A stretch of DNA of 64,000 nucleotides from an uncultured Verrucomicrobiae bacterium (GTDB lineage: Bacteria > Verrucomicrobiota > Verrucomicrobiia > Chthoniobacterales > JAFAMB01), in the NCBI GenBank assembly GCA_963762565.1, contig CAVXLD010000007.1, forward strand, positions 320,001 through 384,000, given 5' to 3'. The notes under the pieces are model-generated. The model was not told the DNA's origin. It saw only the letters and a program-made list of their open reading frames with translations, and searched no databases. Position numbers and translations under genes: made by a program. This document shows, piece by piece, positions 28,230-38,118 of the stretch. How positions within the stretch are numbered: the first letter of the stretch is position 1; every line of letters starts with the position of its first letter.

Positions 28230-29684
28230 TCAAGACAACTCAGAATCCCCTGCTGGTAGAAATAGCCGGTGGAAAGGCCGACGGGCCAGGCGTCCCTTGG
28301 TTCTCCGGTTTAAGAGCGATGTCCGGAACCGCTCCAGATTATCTTGGCAATGTGGTTGGAAACAGATGTTCTGTGCTTGAGTCGAGCAACAATTGAAATC
28401 GACCAAATCATCGTAACCGGCAAGAATGAGTCCGGCAAAGACCCGAGTAAAAAATTCCGCTCTGGCGGCTGGGTCGTAATTATTACAATAGACTTTCCCC
28501 TCAAAATCACGCTCAAATCGTGAGCGGATCAACCCGGCGATGTTACGAGGATGCCAGCCGAGCGACAACAATGTGATCACGACTCTTCGCATGCTAGAGG
28601 GACGGAGCAGAAAATCGTTCGGGTTTTGCAGCAAGAACCGGACACACGGAGGTAAATGATTCATGTCGATGCCATCAGAAGCTGTGAGCCAGCTCTCTAG
28701 TGGATCCGGTTCTTGGGCATAGAAGTCGCAATGAAACTGGGCGAGATCGGACGAAAGGCAGCTGTTTAGCAACCTTTCGGTTCCCTCCGAGCAATCTGGA
28801 ATCTTTGCCGGCGCATAGCGAGCAAGAGCAATGACCGCCTCCGGATTACGCATCGTATGCAAGGCCTCAGGTACGTCCATCTCATAGAGGGGGATCACAA
28901 ACAGTGGCGGTAGACTCGATGCGACCTGACCCATAGTGTCGCCAACCTGTACCGGGCCTTCAAGGTAACGACTGTAGGCGGCTCTCGTGAAACGCGCATA
29001 CAGCGGATCGCCAAACTCGGAAATATCAAAACAAATCATCTCTCGACCCAGCTCGCTTGGCCCCACTTCGATAGCGGAGAGCTCAATCGGCAATTTCAGG
29101 ATGGGCGCGCACTGTTTTTTTATCTCGGCGGCGAAGTATTCGACGATCTGGCCGAGGCCGGCAAAGGCATTGCCTAAGAGGTGATCAATCTTGGCGCCAG
29201 AAGGCAAAATCTGTTTATCGTAGCGATCTCTCAGTGAAGAAGGCATTCTGCCCAAGTGGGCGAGTCGAGAAAAACAATCTGAGTTGCGCCGAATCCGCCA
29301 CAGGAAATGGTGGCCTCGTCCGCTCAGCAAGTGAAGCGGCGCGATTCCATAGCTCAAGAGAGTTTTTTGTATCTCGTGCCTTAGCGGTTCTTGCAGGCTG
29401 AATGCCCGTTCAAACTGAGTATCCGGTAGAGCCGGGTTATCGAAGTTAACATATTGGATATGCAGATCGGCGAGCAGAGAGTCTCGATCCCAGAGCGGAC
29501 CAAAGATTTCCCGATGGTTGCGCAAGCTAGCGCTTAACTCGCTGAGGGGGCGGGGAGCAGGAGAGAGCTGCGTCTCTATATCGGGGGTAGCGAAATAGAC
29601 CGCTGCGCAATTTGAACTATTTGCTTCGACGCCCAGAAATTCCGCGATCCTGGCGCGGACTGACCAATCTGAATAATGGTTCAT
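28230..29684 (-). CDS. Hypothetical protein with archaeo-eukaryotic primase-like motifs and a Cys-rich C-terminus
   Basis: 484 aa; LSGRGHHF, ICFDISE, LPPCV...NCC..Q...C....C. Confidence 0.6.
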   Translation of the reverse strand: MNHYSDWSVRARIAEFLGVEANSSNCAAVYFATPDIETQLSPAPRPLSELSASLRNHREIFGPLWDRDSLLADLHIQYVNFDNPALPDTQFERAFSLQEPLRHEIQKTLLSYGIAPLHLLSGRGHHFLWRIRRNSDCFSRLAHLGRMPSSLRDRYDKQILPSGAKIDHLLGNAFAGLGQIVEYFAAEIKKQCAPILKLPIELSAIEVGPSELGREMICFDISEFGDPLYARFTRAAYSRYLEGPVQVGDTMGQVASSLPPLFVIPLYEMDVPEALHTMRNPEAVIALARYAPAKIPDCSEGTERLLNSCLSSDLAQFHCDFYAQEPDPLESWLTASDGIDMNHLPPCVRFLLQNPNDFLLRPSSMRRVVITLLSLGWHPRNIAGLIRSRFERDFEGKVYCNNYDPAARAEFFTRVFAGLILAGYDDLVDFNCCSTQAQNICFQPHCQDNLERFRTSLLNRRTKGRLARRPFHRLFLPAGDSELS

Positions 29685-29977
29685 GTGCTAAACGACTTAA
29701 ACAAGGGGAAACACCAGACTACGTGTGATCCAGTGTTTGGCATTCACTAACCTAACATCGAAGAGTGCCGCTGGGTCGCTCACCGCTTCTTGGCAGAGTA
29801 TGACCGCTGATTGCGGCGCTGCCGGTGGAGGCGAAAGGATCTAAATCCACGCGAAACTCGGAAGAATGATCACTCATCACTACGCGCATGCCAGAGCAAA
29901 TGGCGCGTAGCTTTCGACAATCCGGCGCTGGTTAGCTTTATCCAGAAAGCTAATTTTCTTAAAGGAGGAGGTTCACT

Positions 29978-30557
29978 ATGATCCCTTTGAAACAAAACAA
30001 CCTAGGCTGGCGGGAATCGCTCGCTCCTTCCCTGATGACCCGGATCCTCGTACCGACGGATTTAACCGATGATTCTCGGATCGCCATCTGGTATGCCATC
30101 GGTTTAGCCCGACGAGCTAGGGCAAAGCTGACGCTCTTACACGTCCGGATAATCCGACGCCAGCTTGGCCGCCCTCCAGCCCGTACTATCACGCTGAGCT
30201 TGAATTGGATGGTAGAAGAATGTTGGCGGAAAGCGAAGAAGCGGAGTTGGCGCTCCGCTCGATGCGAGATTGGACTCGAGCTCTGTACTCAGCTACCGAG
30301 GACTGCTTCTTGATCGGTGAAACGGGTTCGCTGGTTTTGCGGGCCGCTAAAGACTTGGCCAGCGACCTATTGTCGTTTCAAGAAGCGACGATGAGCGCCT
30401 AAGCGGGTCGTTGTTGGGCAAGACCTGTGACTGGATTGTTCGGGAAGCACCATGTCCTGTGCTTGTCGTCCCTGAAATCAGGCGGAGATCCTCTCACGCC
30501 GGCGCGAATCGTATTCGGAAGCGAGCAAAGCGTTACCCTTGGGTGTTGGCGACCTGA
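29978..30557 (+). pseudogene. Frameshifted universal stress protein
   Basis: ILVPTDL...LTLLHV / GETGSLVLRAAKDLASDL / IVVS...LLGKT.DWIVREAPCPVLVV are separated by two frameshifts. Confidence 0.8.
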
Positions 30558-30727
30558 TCGCGGTGAATAGCTTCAGTGAGCGGTACTAACACAAAGGGCG
30601 CGCCGTTCGCGCCGAACATCATCGCGCCGCAGCAGCTCACCAATCAGTAGGGGATAGTCGCTGAGGGTTCTGATATGCGGCGAATACTGAACGGATTCTT
30701 GTCGCTCTGAATATCTCTGATGCAAGA

Positions 30728-31105
30728 TCATAAGTAGCTCGTTGTTAGTTTGCCGGACAATTTTACCCGTTGTACCGATTTGCGCCGCGATAGGCCGGCG
30801 CACATCAGCCGAGTATGGTACTTTCGCATTTTACGCGCCACCCGATCGACCGCTTGGTCAATCGATGCATACATATCGTCGGTTTCTGCACTGATCTTGA
30901 TCGTAATATGCCGGTTGCAACGCAAAATGATGTCCACTCGGTTGCGATATTTTTCGTGACTGAGAAGCCCGTGAATCTCCAGAATTGCCGGATAATCGAG
31001 ATGCAGCGCTGCCAGACGATGGCGAAAGTAGCCTTCCATGGCTTCCGTCATGATTAGGTGCCGGCCTGTCAGCCGGATGGGGGGATTCGCATTCTTAGTT
31101 TGCAT
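30728..31105 (-). CDS. hpf: Ribosome hibernation promoting factor (HPF/RaiA)
   Basis: ITGRHL.MTEAM-like start...ETDDMYASIDQAVDRVARKMRKYH. Confidence 0.88.
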   Translation of the reverse strand: MQTKNANPPIRLTGRHLIMTEAMEGYFRHRLAALHLDYPAILEIHGLLSHEKYRNRVDIILRCNRHITIKISAETDDMYASIDQAVDRVARKMRKYHTRLMCAGLSRRKSVQRVKLSGKLTTSYL

Positions 31106-31571
31106 AGTTTTCTCGCTTCCAGTGGCCATGACTTTCCAAGTCGGCCAGGATGGTTGCTAAATCGGCGGTCCAAGCCGACCTCCTGGCTTCGTGAGCGCCA
31201 GCCGCGTTCCGATCTAAAACAAAGGTCGCGCGCGCCGAATCGGTAATAAGCACCAGAGGAATGGCGCTCCATTGCTCAGAGTGACGTAGCAGGTGCGCGA
31301 AATTGATGGCGCTGCCCCCCGATAAATTCGAATCGGCGACGATGAGATGATACGGTATACATTTGAGCAGCGGCAGAGCTTGTTGGACCCTGCTTGTTCC
31401 ATGAGCGATCCAGCCTCGTTTCTTTAAATAGTCGGCTAACAAACCCCGCAGCAAGGTGGATTCCTCGATAACGAGAGCGCTGCGAAAGTTTAACCGGTCG
31501 ATACGGACATTAATCGTTGGCGAACGATGCGTAACTCTATCTGCAAGGATCGCAGGCGATCTTAAAAACAT
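31095..31571 (-). CDS. Divergent stand-alone receiver domain
   Basis: ALVIEES.LLR.LL...L...YHLIVADSNL...IPLVLIT. Confidence 0.65.
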   Translation of the reverse strand: MFLRSPAILADRVTHRSPTINVRIDRLNFRSALVIEESTLLRGLLADYLKKRGWIAHGTSRVQQALPLLKCIPYHLIVADSNLSGGSAINFAHLLRHSEQWSAIPLVLITDSARATFVLDRNAAGAHEARRSAWTADLATILADLESHGHWKRENYAN

Positions 31572-31605
31572 AGTAGTTCCTTCCTTGAAAGATGTTGGTT
31601 AACGG

Positions 31606-32496
31606 TTATTGGTTCTTGGCGAACGCCCACTGCACGGTATTAGACACCGCCTTCTCGCGGTCTGATGGGAAAAGGATTTCCAACTTCTCGGCCCCGTGCG
31701 CGGCTCGAACCTGCAGAGCAAGAACTCCAAAGCGCCCGTGATGAGAAATATGATAGTCTGATAGCCGAGCAATCGGAAAATAAGTGATGATTCCGCCGAA
31801 TTTGTGAAGGTCGCCAGGGTGTTGACGCTGGGCTGTTTTCTGTTCCAGAATTGATATTAGGCTGCGTGAGGTCACCAGGAGAGCTCCGGCGGGGGACAGG
31901 TCTCGCTCAAATCCACCGGTAACGGCATTCCAACGGGTCGCGGTGATCAGACTCTGATCGTTTGGCCGATACCGCTCAGCTTCCAATCGGAACTTCATCG
32001 GCCACGTCTGCAGTAACGGCTGCCGCTGGTTATTCGGCCAGGTCTTTACGGATACGGTTTGGTCGATACCGTTGAGGATGAGACCCATCGCTTCGCGATA
32101 CAGTTCTTCGCGGACGGTATTGAATGGAATGGAGGTGGCATAATAGGTGCCCACCGAAGCAAAATGGATTTTTAGTTCGCCCGAAAGAAGGATTGAAGTG
32201 AGCTCTAGGAACAGGGTGTCGCTAAACTTGGAATTCTCAACTTCGATACCGTCCTCTCCGTCGGTGACCAGTACCCAGCCATCTTCTAGAACCGCTAGGA
32301 CCGTCGCCGGCGCGAAAATAGTCACGGGCCAGGCTGGTACCGGGGAGAGGTCATCCAGAGTGGAAAAAAGGGGAGAGTAAATGATTAAGCGAGCCTGCTT
32401 GTTAGGTGGGATATTGTCTTTCAGCACGTGACGTAGTGGTTCTGGCAAATCGTCGACCGTCTGAACCTTAGTGGGGAAGTCAGTGTCGATGTTCAT
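31606..32496 (-). CDS. Hypothetical protein
   Basis: 296 aa ATG ORF with a possible internal two-domain duplication; no family recognised. Confidence 0.65.
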   Translation of the reverse strand: MNIDTDFPTKVQTVDDLPEPLRHVLKDNIPPNKQARLIIYSPLFSTLDDLSPVPAWPVTIFAPATVLAVLEDGWVLVTDGEDGIEVENSKFSDTLFLELTSILLSGELKIHFASVGTYYATSIPFNTVREELYREAMGLILNGIDQTVSVKTWPNNQRQPLLQTWPMKFRLEAERYRPNDQSLITATRWNAVTGGFERDLSPAGALLVTSRSLISILEQKTAQRQHPGDLHKFGGIITYFPIARLSDYHISHHGRFGVLALQVRAAHGAEKLEILFPSDREKAVSNTVQWAFAKNQ

Positions 32497-32779
32497 GCCT
32501 TTTTCTAGCCTCGCACTTAGCCCGCTGCGACACGTCCTTTGGCTATAAGTATCCCTAAATTGTTCAGCGATCTTGGGTTAATAGCTGACTGCTAACCGTC
32601 GATCCGTAACGAAACCTTTCACCTTTCACTTCTGACCTTTCACCGTTCCGGTGCCTCCTAGCTTCTAGATTTTAGCTCCTTCTCAGAAGGCCCCACAAAA
32701 GAGGGTTAGGATTTGCCAGAAACGGTCTTGGGGTGCTACCGCGAGCTGGGATAGAGTGCCTTGTAGAGGTGAAAAGAAT

Positions 32780-33043
32780 ATGACCACTATCTTTGCCGAT
32801 CCTCAAGACAAGCGAATCCAGAAAAAGGCTTCTTTCGCTGAAGGGTTCACCCATTTTGAATGGATGTACCTCTGTTCATATCGGTGGTTCTTAAAGAGTC
32901 TGGCTCGAGCCGCCGAGAGTGGAGACTTTACCAAACTTCAAATCAGCGCCGAAAGAGCCCTGATAGAGGGTCACCTCCGCCGGCCAGATGGGACCTCGAA
33001 TGATGAGTTGACCCTTTGCCACGCTTGTGATTGGTACGAATAG
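32780..33043 (+). CDS. Hypothetical protein
   Basis: ATG preceded by GAGGT; short ORF; no family recognised. Confidence 0.35.
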   Translation: MTTIFADPQDKRIQKKASFAEGFTHFEWMYLCSYRWFLKSLARAAESGDFTKLQISAERALIEGHLRRPDGTSNDELTLCHACDWYE

Positions 33044-33331
33044 CGGCTTGTCGCCTCAAATGGGTTTCACAAAAAGCGACGGCTGACGACCCGTTTTGGC
33101 TACGCAATCTAGTCTCCGCCTCGATCCGCCGATGGTCTTGATAAAGTGCGTCTGGCCGATGATTACGTTGACGGCGTCTGGTTTCTCGACTTTTACGGTG
33201 ATCAAATCCATTCGTCTGAGCGTCGACCTTCGCTAAGTAAAATGCGAGCCATTTTAGATTAAGCCAACTCTTGGTGAGGTTTAGACAATCCTTGCCCTGC
33301 CAGCCACGGGCATAATCCTAAATTCGAGAAT

Positions 33332-35416
33332 ATGATCACACCGTCCTTAGCGACAGACTTTCCTATAGGCGCCAGCATATGGATTGCCTTGATCTGCGCC
33401 TTGTTAGCGCTCGGAGTGGCTTTGTTTTTAGTGAGAATGGTCATCCGATCCTCACCGGGGAACGACAAGATGCGCCGAGTTGCCAGCGCGATCGAAGAAG
33501 GGGCCAAGGCTTACCTGAATAGGCAGCTTCTGTCCGTGGGCATTATTGCTGTTATTATCTTCTTCTTGCTCGGTTTTACCCGGGACTTTTTTACCGCGTT
33601 CGGCTTTGTCATCGGCGCAACCTGTTCTATGGCTGCCGGGTACATCGGGATGCGCGTAGCCGTGATCGCAAACTCGCGGGTAGCCCAGTTAGCCTCTAGC
33701 TCAAAGGAAGGCGCCGCGCGGATGTCTTTCAACGCCGGTGCTGTGACTGGTCTTCTCGTCGTGGGACTTGGTCTACTTTCGGTCGGGATCTTCTTTTTGA
33801 TCGGCGAACAGCTTTTCGGACGGGAAAAAGCGATCTCCAGTTTGGTGGGTTTAGCACTAGGCGCCAGTCTTATTAGCGTGTTTGCTCGTCTAGGAGGCGG
33901 GATCTACACTAAGGCCGCTGACGTTGGTGCGGACCTGGTAGGCAAGCTGGAGAGCAACTGGGAGGAGGATGATCCCAGGAATCCTGCCACCATCGCTGAC
34001 AATGTCGGTGATAACGTGGGAGACTGTGCTGGTATGGCTGCGGACGTGTTTGAAACGTACGCCATTAGTATCATCGGCACCATCCTAGTCGGATTTTTAA
34101 CCTTGGCCGAAACCCCGCAAGCCGTGATTTATCCCTTCTTATTGGCAGGGATATCGGTTCTGACCTCAATTGCTGGTATTTACTATGTTAATAAGAGGCA
34201 CGGAGATCCCGCCCGTCTATTGACTCAGGGGGTCATGGTGAGCAGCGCAATTTCTGCAGTCCTCTACTGGCCGGCCACTGTGATCTTGTTTCCTGCCAGC
34301 TTCAAGATTGGGGGCGAAACGCACACTTCCTTTCAAGTCTATCTCGCGACGTTGATCGGCTTAGCTATGACGGGAGTGATTGTGGCGATTACGAACTACT
34401 ATACGTCCAAAAATTTTGCTCCCGTCAGGGAGATCGCTCAAGCTTCCGAGACGGGGCACGCCACTAACATCATTGCGGGATTAGCCATGGGTCAACGGGC
34501 AACCGCGCTGCCTGTCGTTTTCATCGTGTTGGCTATCATGCTGAGTTACTCGGCTGCCGGTCTGTACGGAGTGGCGGTTGCGGTGACCAGCATGCTCTCC
34601 TCCGCCGGGATTATTATCTCACTGGATTCGTTCGGACCGATTACTGACAATGCCGGCGGTGTGGCGGTCATGAGCGGCATGTCTAAGGAAACCCGTGAGG
34701 TTACCGACAGTTTGGATGCAATTGGGAACACCACGAAAGCGGTGACAAAGGGTTACGCCATTGCTTCTGCCGGACTGGCGGCGTTGGTTCTCTTCGGTTC
34801 TTATGTAGCCGAACTAAAAGCGCATTTCGGATCGGCTGGTGGCAACGGAGTGAATTCGGCTGATTTTTCACTCGGGCGGCCCGAGGTCTTGATTGGACTC
34901 TTTATTGGAGGGCTGCTGCCGTTTCTCTTTAGCTCTTTCAGTATGAAAGCCGTGGGAAACGCAGCAGGGGCTGTGGTGAAGGAAGTGAGGCGTCAACTGG
35001 CCGAGAAACCAGGAATTATAAATGGGACGGAGCAGCCCGAGTACGGTGCGTGTGTCGACATTGTAACCAAAGCTGCGCTCCACGAAATGATCGTACCGGC
35101 GTTGTTACCGGTTATTTTTGTCGTGGTGGCAGCGTTTATGGGGCCTTTGGTCTTGGGAGGTATGCTAATTGGCACGATCGTGACCGGGTTATTTCTGGCG
35201 ATCTCAATGACTTCGGGGGGCGCTGCTTGGGATAATGCGAAGAAGTTTATCGAGGAAGGTAACCTTGGTGGAAAGGGTTCTCCTGCGCATCAGGCGTCAA
35301 TAACTGGCGACACCGTGGGGGATCCGTATAAAGACACCGCGGGTCCAGCGATCAATCCCGTCATTAAGGTCGCTAACATTCTTGCGATCTTGATCATTCC
35401 GATTGTGTTTCGGTAA
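33332..35416 (+). CDS. hppA: Membrane pyrophosphatase, K+-independent H+-PPase type
   Basis: [33 protein letters not shown] (Lys at the K+-dependence position), [14 protein letters not shown]. Confidence 0.96.
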   Translation: MITPSLATDFPIGASIWIALICALLALGVALFLVRMVIRSSPGNDKMRRVASAIEEGAKAYLNRQLLSVGIIAVIIFFLLGFTRDFFTAFGFVIGATCSMAAGYIGMRVAVIANSRVAQLASSSKEGAARMSFNAGAVTGLLVVGLGLLSVGIFFLIGEQLFGREKAISSLVGLALGASLISVFARLGGGIYTKAADVGADLVGKLESNWEEDDPRNPATIADNVGDNVGDCAGMAADVFETYAISIIGTILVGFLTLAETPQAVIYPFLLAGISVLTSIAGIYYVNKRHGDPARLLTQGVMVSSAISAVLYWPATVILFPASFKIGGETHTSFQVYLATLIGLAMTGVIVAITNYYTSKNFAPVREIAQASETGHATNIIAGLAMGQRATALPVVFIVLAIMLSYSAAGLYGVAVAVTSMLSSAGIIISLDSFGPITDNAGGVAVMSGMSKETREVTDSLDAIGNTTKAVTKGYAIASAGLAALVLFGSYVAELKAHFGSAGGNGVNSADFSLGRPEVLIGLFIGGLLPFLFSSFSMKAVGNAAGAVVKEVRRQLAEKPGIINGTEQPEYGACVDIVTKAALHEMIVPALLPVIFVVVAAFMGPLVLGGMLIGTIVTGLFLAISMTSGGAAWDNAKKFIEEGNLGGKGSPAHQASITGDTVGDPYKDTAGPAINPVIKVANILAILIIPIVFR

Positions 35417-35537
35417 CGCTTGCCAGGCCGAAGCCGGCGGAGCTGGTCTCGATGCCATGGCGGACAGCCCATGGTGAAAGCTCGCCAAACAATGGGGGGT
35501 AATTACCAGCAACCTGGCGAGAGTAACCAAGAATCCT

Positions 35538-35957
35538 ATGAGACGCTTGGCTGCACCATTTCGTCCACCGACAACTCCAATCGGATTACCATTTGTTCAG
35601 CCGGAGACGGTGGCAGCGGCATTATTCTTACGACCCGCCATAGAAGAGCCTAAACCGGCGAGTTCGACGAACGGGCATTACCTACTGGAGATCGAACGTT
35701 TGAATCTCCATTTTGGCAATAAAATGGTTTTCGACAATTTTAATCTACAGGTCGCAGCCGGTGAATGTCTGGTGCTACTTGGGCCTAGCGGCATCGGAAA
35801 AAGCACCTTGCTACGGCTTTTGCTTGGAACGCTTCAACCCGAGAACGGCCGGATCTTGTTTGAAGACGTTGACATCGTCCATCTGGGCCGAGAGAAACTG
35901 AATCGACTGCGAACTAGGATCGGAATGGTTTTTCAATCGTCTGCCCTGATCAGTTAG
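35538..35957 (+). pseudogene. Truncated MlaF/Ttg2A-like ABC ATPase
   Basis: Walker A GPSGIGKS and Q-loop IGMVFQSSAL, then a stop; no signature or Walker B follows. Confidence 0.75.
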
Positions 35958-36155
35958 TTGTTGAATTTCTTGCCTCAGCCTCCGAAGAGCCTTCCCCCCC
36001 TTTGCTCGTGGAAGTCGGCGCGTAGCTATTATTTTCCCCAAATGGCTCACGCCGGCTTCCCGACGCATTGGCGGTTGACCGTGACCGGCACAAACGCAAG
36101 CCGGCCGGGAATGGCGGCTAACAGCAACTGTTCCGTCGTCGCCGGTAAGATCTGC

Positions 36156-36947
36156 CTATAATTCCCCTTCATTCGGCTGGTGAAAGACTAAGACAGGGCA
36201 GGGCGCATACTTCACGATGCGGTGCGCCTGACAAAACAGGTAGCCAAGAAAACCGGAATGATAACTCGCGGTAACGATCAAGTCCGCCTTCAGCTCCCGT
36301 GCTGCCTGCGTGGTCTGCTCGGCGACATCGCCGATGCGGAATTTGGCTCCACATCGCGGAAAGTTGTGACGCATCTTATCAGCAAAATGGGTCAGCTTTT
36401 GCTTTCGCCAATTGCGTGCTCGCTCGTACGCCTCGAGGCCGTCTTCGGCCGTGAATATTGGAATTGCCTCTGCCGGAAACACATGCAGGAAGGTAACGTA
36501 CGCTCCAAACGGCTTAGCCAATGCCAACGCATAGAAAGCAGTCTGTTCGGAATGGGCGGATAGGTCCACCGGGACAATGATCCTTCGAATATAAACTTTG
36601 CTCTCCTTGATCGATTCCGATTCGGGCTTAGGCTCAGCAGAAGGTGATGGCGCCGAGCTGAACCCTAGCGCCGAGCTTACCCGTGCCGGACCCCGAAACA
36701 CCGGGTTGAAGATAGCTCCAGCGAGCGGGTCAAACGGTCGTACGAGTATAGGAACGCCCGAGACGTCTGAATCAAACGCTGATAATTCTAAAGGCGTGGA
36801 ACACCGGGCACAATAGCCGGGTGCATACGAAACGACGTCTGGGTGCGCCGGGCAGACGTATTTTACGCCTCTACTTGGATCGCTCGTTTTATAACCGGTC
36901 TTCGTCCCGATTTCATGCCGGCACATTTTTGATCGGAAAAATCGCAT
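36156..36947 (-). CDS. Heavy-metal-binding domain fused to a universal stress protein
   Basis: YVCPAHPDVVSYAPGYCARCSTPL, a low-complexity linker, then IIVPVDLS...DLIVTAS...APCPVLVF. Start uncertain. Confidence 0.8.
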   Translation of the reverse strand: MRFFRSKMCRHEIGTKTGYKTSDPSRGVKYVCPAHPDVVSYAPGYCARCSTPLELSAFDSDVSGVPILVRPFDPLAGAIFNPVFRGPARVSSALGFSSAPSPSAEPKPESESIKESKVYIRRIIVPVDLSAHSEQTAFYALALAKPFGAYVTFLHVFPAEAIPIFTAEDGLEAYERARNWRKQKLTHFADKMRHNFPRCGAKFRIGDVAEQTTQAARELKADLIVTASYHSGFLGYLFCQAHRIVKYAPCPVLVFHQPNEGEL

Positions 36948-37083
36948 CGGACCTCGTTTCAAAAGATAAGTATGGCCGATCAAAGCGATCTGATACCCAA
37001 TTCTTGGCGAATCGTTTTCGCCCATTGGCGTGTTCGTGAGGCGCTTCGTTCTCGTCCTCCCAATGAACACCGTGCCGTCCCAT

Positions 37084-37313
37084 GCCCAGGGCCTGGAGGG
37101 GAGCCGCTTTGCAGTGCCGCAGTTCTATCGGATGGCAGCAGGCGGCTCCCGGGAATAACCCAGCGTGTACTTTTACCTGGCGGCCTCTTGTTGCGAAGGG
37201 ATCGATCGGCGCGGCCCATAGAACTGCCCAACCATGGGTCGTTCCCGGGAGCCGCTTGCTGCCAAATCGCAGAGCTGCCCCCTTTCAAAGCGGCTCCCCT
37301 CTAGGCGCTGGGC
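37084..37313. repeat. Long imperfect inverted repeat (about 79-nt arms)
   Basis: GCCCAG..GAGGGGAGCCGCTTTG...GGCAGCAGGCGGCTCCCGGGAA..ACCCA pairs with TGGGT..TTCCCGGGAGCCGCTTGCTGCC...CAAAGCGGCTCCCCTC..CTGGGC. Confidence 0.85.
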
Positions 37314-37458
37314 CGCTTCTGCGCGCTGCGTCTTTGCAAAACTGTCGGACCCTTATGTTAACGCCCAGTGACGGCCGCCCCGAGCACCAACCAAGAGTTA
37401 GGACTAGCCAATAGACAGTAAGTCAAAGCAGATCAGGTCAGCGTAAGCTAAGTCACTA

Positions 37459-38097
37459 ATGAACCTTGCCGATATCCGCACCGACTACCGCAGTGGCCGC
37501 TTGCGCCGCGAAGACCTGAAAGAGAATCCAATCGAACAATTTGAGGTTTGGTTGGGACAGGCGTGTCAGGCCGAGGTCACAGAACCGACTGCGATGGGCC
37601 TAGCCACTGCCGGCGCTGACGGACGGCCGCTTCTCCGGACGGTTCTGCTCAAAGGCCTCGACCACCGCGGCTTCATTTTTTTCACGAACCTGGAAAGTCG
37701 CAAGGCTCGCCAAATTCAAGAAAACCCAAGCGTATCACTTCTGTTCCAATGGCTCTCGCTCGCACGCCAAGTTATCGTCACGGGATCTGCGGCGAAGATC
37801 TCGGTTGCCGAATCGCTCAAGTATTTTGCCATCCGGCCACGCGGCAGTCAGCTAGCAGCCTGGGCGTCGAGACAAAGTAGCGCTATTTCCTCGCGCCGGC
37901 TCCTGGAGATGGAATGGGAACATTTAAAACAGAAGTTCGGCGCTGGTCAGATTCCGTTGCCCTCGTTTTGGGGAGGTTACCGGGTTGCACCTCAAACGAT
38001 CGAGTTCTGGCAGGGTGGCCATGATCGCTTGCATGACCGCTTCGAATATCAGCGCTACTCGGACGGTCCCTGGCAAATTGAGCGTTTGGCGCCATGA
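37459..38097 (+). CDS. pdxH: Pyridoxine/pyridoxamine 5'-phosphate oxidase
   Basis: RTVLLK, FFTNLESRK, RPRGSQLAAWAS.QS, EFWQGG.DRLHDR, W.IERLAP. Confidence 0.96.
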   Translation: MNLADIRTDYRSGRLRREDLKENPIEQFEVWLGQACQAEVTEPTAMGLATAGADGRPLLRTVLLKGLDHRGFIFFTNLESRKARQIQENPSVSLLFQWLSLARQVIVTGSAAKISVAESLKYFAIRPRGSQLAAWASRQSSAISSRRLLEMEWEHLKQKFGAGQIPLPSFWGGYRVAPQTIEFWQGGHDRLHDRFEYQRYSDGPWQIERLAP

Positions 38098-38118
38098 GAG
38101 GTTAACCACAGACCGAAT

